64,000 nt of DNA from Amoebophrya sp. A120 (taxonomy: Eukaryota > Protista > Dinoflagellata): NCBI GenBank assembly GCA_905178155.1, contig CAJINV010000004.1, positions 10,523,655 to 10,587,654 of the forward strand, given 5' to 3'. Within the stretch, counting starts at the first letter, position 1; the number at the start of each line of letters is the position of its first letter. Under the pieces are notes generated by a model. That model was not told the DNA's origin. It worked only from the letters and a program-made list of their open reading frames with translations, and did not search any database. Position numbers and translations under genes: made by a program. Below are positions 24,862 through 36,956 of the stretch, piece by piece.

Positions 24862-26675
24862 ATGGCTGACCCGAATGCCGCTGCTCAGGCAGGCGCCGCA
24901 ATGGTCGGCGGAGGTACATTTGTTGCTTTTTGCTGATGCTGTCGCTGTAGCAGTAGCAAATGTTCGCATGCATGATTTGACGTCATACATGACGGTATAC
25001 CATTGCGCGTCAAGTAATTCAACATCCCTTTGTCATCACAGATGCGGCCGCGCAGCGGCGCATGGCGGATTTTTTGTGCGGGCAGGAGGCCACCATCGAG
25101 ACCGCTTCGCAGAACCTCTCGTACAGTCTGCCCGAGATGCGCCCCAAGCTCGATGAGTTCACCAAGGCCGCTAAGACCAACAACAACCGCTCCTGGTGGG
25201 AAGTCGGTGAGGACACAATTGAAATAGTAGAGTACAACTCAAACCCAGCGTGGTGGTTAGTCGATGAAGACATTGAAATTGTGCAGTTCGAAGTCATGCT
25301 CACGCAGGATAATGAGATAGATTGCAACTTCACCACGAGCCACGAAGTGAGGCTGTTTCAAGTAGGCAGATATGTGAGGCCACTCAGTGTAGGAGAAGTG
25401 CGAAGCATCGTTTACAGGAACGCACTTCGAGGCAGTGCGGACGAAATCGATTGTGCAGGTCGGTCAACATCTTGATTTGTGCCAGTCAAATTAAAGATGA
25501 CCACCTGCCAGATTCACACTTGTGTGTAGTTTTGGAAGCAGTAGCTGCGTGTTGTAGTAATGAACATTTGGCACATAGTGAGATTCAAAAAACAACTAAT
25601 CGCAGGTCGCGACTTGAAGTCCCACGACCCGGCCATCCAGGACAAAGTGAAGCTTTCCGTGGGCGGCATGTTGGCGGCCATGGCGTCCATCACGCACCGT
25701 GATCGGCAGCCCATCTTGACCATCGAGCGGCGTGATGCCTTGATCAACCAGTACAACTTGGCGGCCACCGTGGTCGGTGAGGACCTGGCCAAGCGCTGCT
25801 TCGGATCCTGCTTGTTCAAAACCGAGCGCATCACGTCGGACACCGATCCCGCCAACAACGGCACGACCTACGAACAGCGCCTCACGGCGTTTTTCCGTAC
25901 TAATTGGCTTGTTTTGTTTTTGTGCACAGTAGCGAGTGAAGGGCTAGGACGGAAAGGCGTGTAAGTAAAGAGAAGTGGAAACTGTTGGTAAATAGAAAGT
26001 TACGGGCATAGTCTCATGCATCAATGCCACAAACAAAATCGTCACATCACAGAGGCCAACCGCTGGAACGCGTTTTGGAACTCCGAATTGTCCAAGATCA
26101 AGCAGATTAAGGATGCCGCGGAAGAGTCTTCCCGCCTGGCCAAGGAGTTGCTCGACTTGGAAAAGAAGCAGTTGATGGAGCAGATCAATGAGTTGAAGAA
26201 GGAGAGCTGGTCCGGGTACGGACCGGACTGGCACACTACCAAGGGGAAGAGTGGAAAGAAAGGTAGCGCACCTAAGAAGGACTTGCGCAGTAGTCTTTTG
26301 TATTCCGCCAGGCGCGACGAGCGCAGCGGAAAAAGCATTTCTAAGTTTTGGTATTGCAACAAGTGCCAAGTGTGGCGCCAGAAGTAGAAGCCTTTAAGTA
26401 AAAGCTTGTGCTCCGGCTTTGTAATCGTAAAATCAGACGTCCACACCTCTTCCTAAGGTAAGGGAAAGAAGGGAAAGCAGTCCAAGACCACCCCGGTGTG
26501 CTTCCGCTACTTGAACGGTAACTGCGACGTCGCGGGATGCAAGTTCAAGCACCCGAAAAAGGGAGAGCTGGCAGAGGCGGAGTTCAACACCCTCAAGAAC
26601 GACTCCCGCTTCTCCGACAAGCTGAAGAGTGTGACGCTCGAGTCGTGGCGCAAGGAAGTCACTGCGGAGGCGTAA
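24862..26675 (+). CDS. Gag-like protein with CCCH zinc finger, 5 exons (311 aa model)
   Basis: Exons 24862-24913, 25042-25206, 25606-25896, 26053-26262 and 26458-26675 joined by four phase-1 GT-AG introns give one open frame. It has a coiled coil, a KGKKGK tract and CFRYLNGNCDVAGCKFKH (C-x7-C-x4-C-x3-H). Confidence 0.75.
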
Positions 26676-27538
26676 ATAGGAAGAGCACTTGACTGCTTTT
26701 CCCGTTTCGTTTCCCCATGAAGGGGCCAACACGTGGCAGCTTTGTGTAAGATTTAACACAAAAAAACGCGCGCGCTCATTGTTTTGAAGAAGCCTTCCCA
26801 AGGAAGTGCGTTTAGGTTTTATCAACTGTAGTTTTTTGGGCTGTCGCGTGTTGGTTTATTGTTAAAAATTTCAATTTTACTGATTTTTTATTGCCATCCT
26901 ACGGCACAGTAATGATCACAGCAAGTCTTCAGTACTGTATGAAAAGAGGAGCTTGGCAAATGTTTGCCCACCAGACTGCACACTTGTGTTTGTGAACTTA
27001 CTGAAATGAAAACGCGTTTTTGTTTTTCCAATGGAAATAAATGGAAAACAAAATCACCATGTGATGATAGATACCAGAAAGAGGTAGTAAAAGCACAGAC
27101 TACTCGTTGAGCAGCCAGCATAAGCTGCCCTGTGTTCGTGAAGATTTCACAAAGCCCGTGTACACATGTCAAGAAATTCGGTTGCTCTTGTGAAGAAAAG
27201 AGTAAGGCTTTGCGAGCGTGCAAACAGGCTTGTGAAATTCAGAATGTCACAGCGCAAACGGTCAAGATAAGCCTCGGTAGATGCGCAGTCGGTTGAAATA
27301 AAAAAACAAGCTACCACAAGGCAGCAAAGTGTCGCGTAATTGCAAAAAGAGTCGGTCGTGATATCACGGGGACAATGGCAAAAAACTGGGTTAGAGAGTA
27401 AAATTAATCACAAAGACGCGCAAATGCAGCATTAGCGGTTAGTATTGCTACTCGGCTCATCGTGATTACGTTGTGATATACGGTCTGAAAGCACAGCGCA
27501 GTTTGTTTGCGTCTGACTAAGAGCGGCTGGTGGGTAGA

Positions 27539-29854
27539 ATGCCACTGCCGACAGAAAAAGAGTGCAGGAATGTACTTAAAAGGGTCGAAGTGGACATGCT
27601 CCGGGAGCATCCCTTCGACAGAGCGCAGTGGTTACCAAACCCGCAGCAGCTCAGCGAGGAGTTGCTGCGGGAGCGACACGAGACCACGAAGAGGTGGCTC
27701 AAGGAGACGGAGAAGCGGTCTCTGGAGATCTACAGCGGTATAGACCCAGAGATTCGGCTGCCGCGCACATGCAAAGTGCTGGGATTCTGGGAGAAGCTGG
27801 GATTGGAATATCATCCCACCGACCCGGAAGCGTGGGATGTGTGGCGCGACGGGTTACGCATGATCGGCCCGTGCAAGGTCGACCCGTCCTGGAGCCCGAG
27901 GGCCAGGAGGGACAAGATGGATGGCAAGGAAGAAGACTACCAGCCCAGCAAGGTAGTGCAAAGCATCCTGGAAGGAAAGCACATCCCACCGCGATGGCCG
28001 CAGGCGGACATCGATCTGATCTGGCAGAAGAGTCTCAAAGAGACCAAGGAAGTCCCGGAGTTGGGGTACGCGCTGCTGAAAGGGCCGTTTCCGGTCCCTG
28101 ATTCCGTGGTAGACGATGCGGAGCAGCGGGAGATGGTGTACTACGGGTACAGGAGGTTTGTGAGGCACCAGGCCAGGAAAGATCGTCTGATCGACCCCGC
28201 CGTCTCCGCCAACAAGTGCAGCCCACTGCCGAAAAGGGTACCGATCCCGTCCGCCTTGGACGTGTTAGTAAATGCCACAGTGGCAAGGCAGCCACACACC
28301 GCCGGGAAGGAGGTGACACGGCACACCAAGAGGGTCCTGCAGAAGTGCCGCAAGGCGGAAAAGCAGTACGAAAAGGAGTTTGCGCAGTACGTAAGCGGAG
28401 ACAGGGAAAAGCTCGACGAGAAGCTGCTGAAGAAAGGCAAAGCAGCAACGCCGATCGAGAAAGGCCCGGTTTTCAAGTCCGGCAGCAACAGGAAAGTCAG
28501 GAGGGTGCAAAGCGAGTTGTTAAACGACATCGAGGCGGTGCTGCTGGACATAGCGAAGTGCTACAACAGCCTCACTATACGCGTGTCGGACAGAAAGTGC
28601 AACACTATCCTGGTGTTCAATCCGGAGGAGAAGAGGTGCAGCAGGTTCGTCGGAGTGTCTGCCATTTTTGGCAGCAGGCACTCGGTGGCCGGCTGGTGCC
28701 GGCCGGGGAAGTTGTTGAGGTCAGTGCTACGCAAGCACTACCTCCTCAACAGTGAGGACTACGTGGACGACTGCCCCAACTTCGTGAAGCTGGGGCTTGG
28801 GGAGCTCATCAAAGAGCTCACGTTGGAGCTGCTGGAGATGCTGGGGTTACCGGCCATGCGCGACAAGGTGGCTGTTGCCAGGATGATCGAAGTGTTGGGC
28901 TTGTTCTTCGACGTCACAGCGGAGTCGCCCACGATCGCGGTCACAGCAGCCAGGAAGAAGCAGATCACGGAGTGCTGCGATGCAGCGCTGGCTGCCATGG
29001 CGCTGAGTCCAGCGGACACCAACGAGTTGTTGGGGCGGTTGACGTTCGTGTTAGGGGCTGCGGCGGATCGCGCGCTGAGCCCCGTGCTGAAGCCGCTCAG
29101 GCAGCACTTGTCAAAAGAGGAAACCAGGATAGCCGTAGCGGTAGGCAACGCGTTGAAAGCAGTCAGGCACATCATGGGGATGGAATTGAAGAGGAGTGCG
29201 CAGTTCGAAGAAGATGGCGTGTTGAGCACGCTGCTGCACACAGACGCACAGTGGAGCAACCGCAGCGGTGTGCTTGCGGCGGTGCTGGTCCAGAATGGAG
29301 AGTTTTTCTGCGTGCGGGAGTCAGTAACGGCGTCGCAGCTGCACAGCGATTGCGCACGGTTTCCCATCAACGTGCTGGAAACGGTCGTAGCACCGTTGGC
29401 GTTGGTCTACTTCAAGGAGCAGCTGTCGCAGAAAAGGTTCGACCACGGCATCGACAACAAGTGCGCACAGGAGGCACTGCTGGCGCAGGGATCCAGCAAG
29501 GAAAAGCAGAAGTGGATTTACGCCAGGCTCACAGCGGAGTTCTGGACCATCGCCACAGCGTGCGGCATGAAGCCGTGGAGCACGCGGGTGCCGTCAGGAT
29601 TTAACCTGGCGGACTTCCCGACCAGGGATGAAAAAATGCAAGTGTTGAATAAAGTGTATCCCAATTTGTTCAAAGAAATCGTAGATGGTTTCGGCATGAG
29701 TGACTATGTACAAAAGTTGTTGTTGGGCAAAGTCTCCAAAGGAGTGGAAGACCTTGCAGCCACCTTAGCAGATGCAGAGTGCTTGCGTGGCAATGTAGTG
29801 AAGAGCCTCACAGTGTGTGATGTGCTTTCTTCAGATGAAGAAGTAGACTTGTAA
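27539..29854 (+). CDS. Reverse transcriptase / RNase H of the YR retrotransposon
   Basis: RT motifs LLDIAKCYNSL, AIFGSRHSV, YVDD and IEVLGL; DIRS-type RNase H motifs HTDA, INVLE, IDN and NLADFPTR. Confidence 0.92.
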   Translation: MPLPTEKECRNVLKRVEVDMLREHPFDRAQWLPNPQQLSEELLRERHETTKRWLKETEKRSLEIYSGIDPEIRLPRTCKVLGFWEKLGLEYHPTDPEAWDVWRDGLRMIGPCKVDPSWSPRARRDKMDGKEEDYQPSKVVQSILEGKHIPPRWPQADIDLIWQKSLKETKEVPELGYALLKGPFPVPDSVVDDAEQREMVYYGYRRFVRHQARKDRLIDPAVSANKCSPLPKRVPIPSALDVLVNATVARQPHTAGKEVTRHTKRVLQKCRKAEKQYEKEFAQYVSGDREKLDEKLLKKGKAATPIEKGPVFKSGSNRKVRRVQSELLNDIEAVLLDIAKCYNSLTIRVSDRKCNTILVFNPEEKRCSRFVGVSAIFGSRHSVAGWCRPGKLLRSVLRKHYLLNSEDYVDDCPNFVKLGLGELIKELTLELLEMLGLPAMRDKVAVARMIEVLGLFFDVTAESPTIAVTAARKKQITECCDAALAAMALSPADTNELLGRLTFVLGAAADRALSPVLKPLRQHLSKEETRIAVAVGNALKAVRHIMGMELKRSAQFEEDGVLSTLLHTDAQWSNRSGVLAAVLVQNGEFFCVRESVTASQLHSDCARFPINVLETVVAPLALVYFKEQLSQKRFDHGIDNKCAQEALLAQGSSKEKQKWIYARLTAEFWTIATACGMKPWSTRVPSGFNLADFPTRDEKMQVLNKVYPNLFKEIVDGFGMSDYVQKLLLGKVSKGVEDLAATLADAECLRGNVVKSLTVCDVLSSDEEVDL

Positions 29855-30108
29855 TTGGAAAAAAGTGAACATGTTTTTTTGGCAAAATGTATACCGAGTT
29901 GTGTATTGGAAAAGGATGTGAAGAAGTTGTGCAGTGCGTTGGCGTCTGAGCACGACCTGCGGTGCGTCGATAGCAAGACTCCTTGTTCTATCGCGACGCA
30001 CATTCTGATCGCTCTGTGCAGGAGCTGTTTGTTCTCGAAGCTCACGTGATCGTCTCGTTGCATGTTGTTTCAGATCTATTTGTGTGGCATCCTTCGTATG
30101 CGTTGAGC

Positions 30109-30307
30109 GGGCCACACGCACCTCGTCGTTCTCGTTCTCGTGCTCGTGTGCACGATCCGTGATCGTATGGCAGCCCGAGCGCTGCAGCTGAGCTTCGTAC
30201 AGCTCCCGCGCATCGCGATTGCGCATGGGACAAGAGGTCGTACTCAGTAACCAGCGCTACTAGTTAGCTGTAAACACCGTAGTAGTAAGGACAGCACGCA
30301 AATAAAA
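30109..30307 (+). repeat. Split direct repeat B2 (199 bp)
   Basis: Near-identical to 22520-22718. Confidence 0.95.
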
Positions 30308-31059
30308 CTCGGGATCGTCGGGCTGGGGCCTGTAGGTCTCCTGGCTCTTCCTTCACAGCCAGACCAGATGGCGTCACCTTGCATGTAGTCAGCCCGTGGC
30401 AATGTAGAAGGGACACAAAGGACCAAAGCAGCGCGGCCTGGGATACCATGCGCCCCACCTGCCTTCTCCCCCTCCCCGCCCCCGCCCCCCCGCCCCCCCG
30501 CCGGATGCCCGTTCGGTGGGTCTCATCGGTCCCCGCCGCCCTAGGAAGGGCGGAAGAGCAGACGCAGAACAGCCTTCCAAGGTATTCTTGACCCGAGCCA
30601 GAGTCCGAGGCGATGCGTTGCCCAGGATGCCAAGCGGGCCACAAGACGGCGCAGCGCTGTAGATAGGGCGCGCCCCGCGGTTTTATTTTCGCGGGCCGCC
30701 GCCGCACCTTTTATTGCTTGCGGAGTTAGGGCCGCAAACCGCCCGGGTGGGCCTGCCGGGGTCCGGCTTGAAGCAAAGAGAACGCCGCGGAAGGCAAATT
30801 GCGCGGCGCCCCCCTCCGCCTTCCCCTTCGGGCAGGTAGAAGCGCGGCGCCCGCCTGTGGTACGGGCGCGCGGCCGGGCCGGGGCATCGGCGCGGCCGAG
30901 ATCACACCGGGTCAATTCCCCCGGCGGCTTCGATGTGTCGCGGGCGCCCCGCCTTTCGTGCCGTCGTTCGGTCCATTAGGACGGCCCATCGCGCCGTCTT
31001 GCTACGACACCTTACAAGCCGCTTCGTACGTGAAAAAAAAACAGCGGGACGTCATCAAG

Positions 31060-31512
31060 ATGTGCCTCCGCTTCCCATCGCTGGCGGATTTCACCGCGCA
31101 CAGCTGGGCGCAGAAGGCCTTGGATGAAGGCAAGCACGAGAACAGCCGGCTGCGCGTGTCGGGCGCATCGCTGTCCCCGATTTTCAACGGGAACTACGTG
31201 TACGACCGGCCGGGAAAGCGATGGGTTCACGAGCAGAGCCCCGACCTCGTTTGCGCGTTTACCGCCGTGCGCGGGGAGAAGTCCGATAGCAACGAGTTCT
31301 TCTGCCAGTGGAGTTTTCAGCACGCGTCGGACAAAACCGTCCTGCCGTACTTTCTCCGGAGTGGAAGCATCGAGCCGCCGACCGGAGAGAAGGAGGCATG
31401 GAACCACGGGTCGATGCAATACCGCGGGGAGGACGAGAAGATGCGGGTGGAGTACATTTCGGGAGAGAACGGGGGAGAGAGGTTGAGCAACGCGGTTGAG
31501 CTTAGGGCGTGA
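31060..31512 (+). CDS. Hypothetical protein (~150 aa)
   Basis: GC3-rich codon usage like neighbouring genes; LRVSGA..IFNGNYVY..W..W..YF..PP..W pattern. Confidence 0.55.
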   Translation: MCLRFPSLADFTAHSWAQKALDEGKHENSRLRVSGASLSPIFNGNYVYDRPGKRWVHEQSPDLVCAFTAVRGEKSDSNEFFCQWSFQHASDKTVLPYFLRSGSIEPPTGEKEAWNHGSMQYRGEDEKMRVEYISGENGGERLSNAVELRA

Positions 31513-32170
31513 GGAATTCGTCCTACGAAATCTAAGGAACAGTACCCCGCGCAGCCAGTTGGTTTTCTTTCTCGGCTTAGGAGGAATCGACTAGAAAAAA
31601 TTCAACAGCGGCACAAGGGATTCGGCAAACATCAGTCTCGATATCGAATATGCTCGCGTGGCAGGAAGTCACCGGATTGTGATATGGAGGCATACCCTAC
31701 TGGAGCTGTGCTACTACAAACGGGTCGCGTTTTGTGCATCTTCCTATTCAGGCGATAATGAGAATCCAGGGACGTAAACGAATAGGGGTCGAACTGGGAC
31801 AATCTAAGGCTTAGAGCCGAACAGATTTCAATCATCATTCAGAACAACAAGGAGTGTCTAAACAGCAAAAAGCAAGTGCCGTGTGAGCGAAGCTCTTGTC
31901 GAAATAAAAAGGCGTGAGCGTTTGTGTGCGAAAAGTAGAAAACTGGCGAGAGAAGAAGTGGAACAACAAATTTGTCAAAACGCTGCAAAAGGGCAAGCCA
32001 GTTTTATTCGGTTGCAAAGATGCTGCGGTTTTTATCTCCACAAAAGTAGTCTTGATGTCGTTCACATAAAAAACAATCGACCGTGTTGCGAAAAACAGAA
32101 AATCAAACGCGCACCGGAAGTGCGTTAGTCCGCTACGAAATAAGAGAGCAAACGCTTGTAGTCGTCCATC

Positions 32171-34063
32171 ATGGTGTTTCATCCCGGCGACTTGTCCGCG
32201 ACGTCCGGCGGGGCTGGGACTCCCGCCGCAATGCTTTTGACGGAGCCGGAACATCAGCGTCACACGACGAAGAAAGAATCTTCCGGCATCAACGGCACCT
32301 CCAGCCCCTTGGACAACGCCACGTCGCAGCAGGGCTCTGCCCGCCCGCAGAAGGTGGAGATCTTCATCGACGGTAAGATTGTCGACGCGACCAGCTACGC
32401 GAAGAAGCACCCGGGCGGGCGGATTTTGGAGTTCATGGCGGGGACCGACGGGACGGACGCGTTCGCGCAGTTCCACCACCGGTCGGAGAAAGCGGCCAAG
32501 ATTTTGGCGAAGCTCCCGCAGCGGGACCCGGTGGACGAGGCGGAAAAGCGGGCGTTTGTCAACGTGGGGAACCAGGCACTGCTCGCGGACGTGCGGGCGC
32601 TCGAGGCGGAGTTGGACGCCGAAGGGTACTTCAAACCCTCGCCGCGGCACGCGGCTTACCGGGTTGCGGAAATCGTGGTTATGCACCTGGTCGGGCTGGT
32701 CTTTTTGTTTGCCGCGGGGAAAAGTGAAGAGATTGGTCAAGACAACTTTTCCCGCACGGCCACTGCTTTGTCGACGGTCGCGACCACGGCTTTTTCGACG
32801 TTTTTTCTCTTCCTCGGCCTGGTCACGCTCGGCGTCGCGCAAGGCCGCTGCGGGTGGCTGCAGCACGAGGGCGGGCACTACTCGCTGACCGGCTACATGA
32901 AGCTCGACAAGCGGCTGCAGCAGTGCATCTACGGGTTCGGTTGCGGAATGGCTGCGTCCTGGTGGGTATGCTAGAAGAAAGCATCGCATTACTCTGACTT
33001 TCATCGCAAATGCTAATGCGGTTTCTCAGTAGGAACAAAAATCAAATTTTTATATGCTAACAGAGGTAAAAAGATAGATCTTTCTAGAATTGTTTTGAAG
33101 CTGTGCGGGCGCAATGAATTTGTGCGATTGTGCGATCCTTTCACAAAGGATACTTCTCCAACCAGCACAACAAGCACCACGCGACGCCGCAGAAAATCGG
33201 TTACGATGTGGATTTGAACACCCTGCCGCTGGTCGCCTTCCACACCGGTGCGGTAACGGACACGAAAGCCGGGCAGAAGCTCGCCGCAGGGACGAGGAAT
33301 AAGAAATCGTCGAAGCAGGTGGAGCAGCAGCTGACCGCTTGGGCGAACTACTGGCTGAAAAACCAGGCGTACCTTTTTTCCCCGCTCATCTGCCTCCTGG
33401 TCGCGCTGTTCTGGCAGCTGTACCTGCACCCGCGGCACGCGATGCGCACGCAGAACTACATGGAGCTGGTCTGGATGGCCTGCCGGTACGGCTGCACGTT
33501 CGCGTTTTTGCTCTCCACCCTGCAGTGGTCGGTGTTCGGGAGTGTGGTCTTCTACGTCGCGTACGTTCAACTCGGGAGCAGCTACATCTTCACGAACTTC
33601 GCGGTGTCCCACACGCACTTGGACGTGGTTCCCGAGACCGACCACCGGAACTGGGCGGAGTACGCAGCGGACCACACCATGAACTGTGACAATCACTTCT
33701 TGACCAACTGGTGGATGAGCTTCTTGAACTTTCAGGTAGAAAAATGTTTATCAAAACCGATACCGAGTTTCTTGCAAGGACTAAAAATCGATTTTCTTCT
33801 TCTTGACGGAAATTATGTGCGAATGGTAATTTATTGTTTGATGGCATCAACAACTACAAACGACTCAGATCGAGCACCACCTGTGGCCGCAGATGCCGCA
33901 GTTTCGTTTTCCCGAGGTTTCGCCCCGGGTCCGCGCGGTGTTTGAAAAGCACGGTAAGGAGTACAAGAGCTTACCTTACTGGGAAGCAATCCGGATCACG
34001 TTGAAGAATTTGGACGACGTCGCTCAAGAGGCTTTGGAGATGACGCGGGCGAAGATCGACTAG
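32171..34063 (+). CDS. Front-end (delta-5/delta-6 type) fatty acid desaturase with cytochrome b5 domain
   Basis: HPGG and His boxes HEGGH, HNKHH and QIEHH; introns 32966-33156 (non-canonical) and 33736-33868 (GT-AG); stop 34061-34063. Confidence 0.93.
32967..33152. mobile_element. Degenerate introner with eroded TSD
   Basis: tatgctagaagaaagcatcgca / tgcgatcctttcacaaaggata partial TIR. Removing 32966-33156 restores WW-SNQHNKHH. Confidence 0.7.
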
Positions 34064-34831
34064 ACCGGCAGGGGATGGACGTTGACGGGCTCGGACTTTT
34101 TTGCTAGATTTCGCACAGGCATGCTGGCACAGCAGAATCAGAATTTATCTTCTAATTTTTAGAGAAAAACATTTACATTACGACGACACAGGCATTCTAC
34201 GCAAGTACTACAGCGAATACAAACATGATTGCTACAGCAAGTACTACAGCTGGAAAGTTTTTTGCAACATCTCCCAAGCACCACGAGCTACTTCCAAGAA
34301 ATTTATTTTTTTGCCAACAACATCATCCACTTTTTGTTGAAACACACCTTAACCACGCTTAGGATTTTTGAACAGACGAAGGGAAAATCGCTACACCGAC
34401 ACAAACCGTATGCAGCAAACCTGTCGTAAGACAAATTTTCCGTGTCGACACAAAATATCTGAGACAAGATACTGCAGCAGCTGCGCTACCAGTGCACATA
34501 GCGGCGCTCAGCGCGCTCCTTCGTGCAAGATTTCTTTCTGTTCGTAGTCTTTTCTTAGGAGAGCAAAAAAGATCCTTCAGAATGAACCGGAAGATGTTTG
34601 CGACACCCTTGCGCGCAACACCTCCAACTCAAACGTGTGCGACAAGCGCAGGCTGTTAGGGTTGAAAATAGAGTATGCGAACGTGCAGCCCGGCCGCAGC
34701 GCTACTTGCCGTCCACTAGAACCCCCACGGAAGTAGATATTAGCAAAACATCGCCCACGCGACTACTTCACTGCACGCAAGAACACCGTTGCGAAACCCC
34801 GCACAAAAAAGTCGAACCCCCGACCACGACG

Positions 34832-36956
34832 ATGTCGTCCCTCGTGTGGCTGGGGGTCTCTATGGAGGTCTGCGCCAGCATTGTCGGCACGATTGGTAAG
34901 CAGATGATCCGCCACGGGGCGGTGGCGAAAAAATCCCAGTACATCGAAAAACTTTTCCAGTACACCGGGCTCTTGCTTACTACCCTCATCGGCCCAATCC
35001 TCGACCTCGCGGCCTACACCTTCGCCCCGCAATCCATGATCGCACCCTTCAACGGCCTGGATGTCGCCTGGAACACGGCGCTGGCCCCTTTCACGTTAGG
35101 GGAGACCCTGACGAAGCGGAAATTGATCGCGATCTTGACGGTGGCCGCCGGGGTGTTCAGCACCTTGGCTTTTGTCCACATGGAGGAGCCGGAGTACACG
35201 TCGGACTACATGCGCGAAGTGGTGTTCTCCTGGCGAACGTTCGTCTACTTAATCCTATTCGGCTGCTTCATCGGCTACAATTTGCGAGTCCAGAGGAGAT
35301 ACCCGAAGGGAGACAATCGTCGGGGACTCTCACTGGGGATCACCGGGGGATCGTTAGCCGGGAACATGTTTTGCGTGAAACTGATCGGGGAAATCATCCA
35401 GGACTCCGCTTCGTCCGAGTCGTTTTTCGAACGGTTCGGCCAGTGGTTTGAGGAGGACGCGCTGCTGGTGTGCGCGCTGCTGTTTGGGACGGTCCTGTTC
35501 TCGGTTTCGAACATCAAGTTCATGGCCGAGGGCATGCGGGAGTTCGAAGCGCTGTACATGGTGACGCTGTATGAAGGTGAGTAGAAAGTGATTGGTCTCG
35601 GCAAAGAGCCATTTTTTTGTCATGCTCTTTGAACATTCCACTTAGTGTGGTGTTATGTATGCTGAACTTCATCAAACCTGAATGTAAATCCTCTCCAAAG
35701 GTAGCATCATCGTTTCCGGCTGTCTTTGCGGTACGGTCATCATGCGGGACTTCGACCGAGGGAGCTGGTTCAACCCGATCGGCTTCTACGCCTGCATCCT
35801 TCTCATCATCCTCGGTTTGTATCTCCTCTTCGTCGCCCAGATGCGGGCCTCGTCGTCCCTGTTCGCCGGCACGGCGTCGATTGTGTTGGATAAGCGAGAA
35901 ACGCTTTCGCTGCGACCGAGCAGTCCAGGGGCTTTATCAGAGACGAATCCGGACCAGCCATTGCCACGGTTGAGCAGAGGAGGTGGGGTGGTCAGCAATA
36001 GGTGTGCCGCTTCTGGTGCACCAGCGCAGGACTGTGCAAAAGACTCGGCTGCTCTGGGCGTCGAGAAGCTCGAGATTGTGATAGACGTCGAAAATCAAAA
36101 TTCCGACGACCAAATAAGCAACCTCGGAGAGCACAATTTGCGGATAACGTCCACTTGTAGTTCCCAGCAAACTGCAGGCGAGCAACAGCAGCATCTTCAT
36201 CAAACGACGAAAGCCAGTAACTCCACCAGCGAGATCAAGTCCGTCGAAGGAACACCCAGTGGACAGTTAACCGAAAGCACGACGGGGCAGCATGAAGCGG
36301 AGAACGGGTCTTCGTCGTCCTCCAGCATGAACAATATCCGCGACGGGGGGAACGGATCGAGTGGTTGTACGTCTAGCGGTACTACAATTACAATGCAGGA
36401 GACGGGAAAGAGTAAAGTCATGGACGGCAAGGGCAAAGGGGAAATTCATGACGATGGCCGCGTGCAAGGGGACTTTTTGCCATTAGCGTGCGCGACAATT
36501 GATGAAGGAAAGGAGGTTCTTCTGCTCTCCCGACAGGAACAGCAGCAAGTTCCGTCGACGATAGTCGTGCAACTACACCAGCTTCCGGAGCCAAAAACCT
36601 CATCTGCACAAAGGACGAACTACACCACCGGTGCCAAGGAACCTTGCTGCGGAGTGTTCGCGAAAAGTAGTAGTGCCGCTGCAACTTCTTCTACCGGTAG
36701 TAGTGAGGAGGTGCAAGAAGACCACGGCCACACCAGCGACAACGCTGGCGCCTCGTTGCAATCGCCTGGTTCTGAGCAAGATCAACAGCCTACTAGGGTA
36801 CTATTCGCTCCGTCTGTGAACGAAGCTTTGCTCCCCTCACCATTAGAGGTGTTCCAGGAATACCCCTTTCGTCGGAATCTCAGCTTGGTCCGGCGGGAGG
36901 AGGAAGACGAGGAAGAGTCAAGGGCTGGAAGCACGGAGAAAAGACCGGGAAAGTAG
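34832..36956 (+). CDS. NIPA-like (DMT superfamily) putative Mg2+ transporter with long disordered C-terminal tail
   Basis: AAYTFAPQSMIAPF...APFTLGETL and FEALYMVTLYE motifs; multiple TM helices; GT-AG intron 35577-35700. Confidence 0.8.

Larger units (their letters stand above)
21550..30307 (+). mobile_element. Tyrosine-recombinase (DIRS order, PAT/Ngaro-like) retrotransposon with split direct repeats, apparently intact
   Basis: Repeat A at 21550-21709 and 22716-22875; repeat B at 22520-22718 and 30109-30307. Internal B-A junction overlaps at AAA. Encodes YR, a zinc-finger gag and RT/RNase H. Confidence 0.92.
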
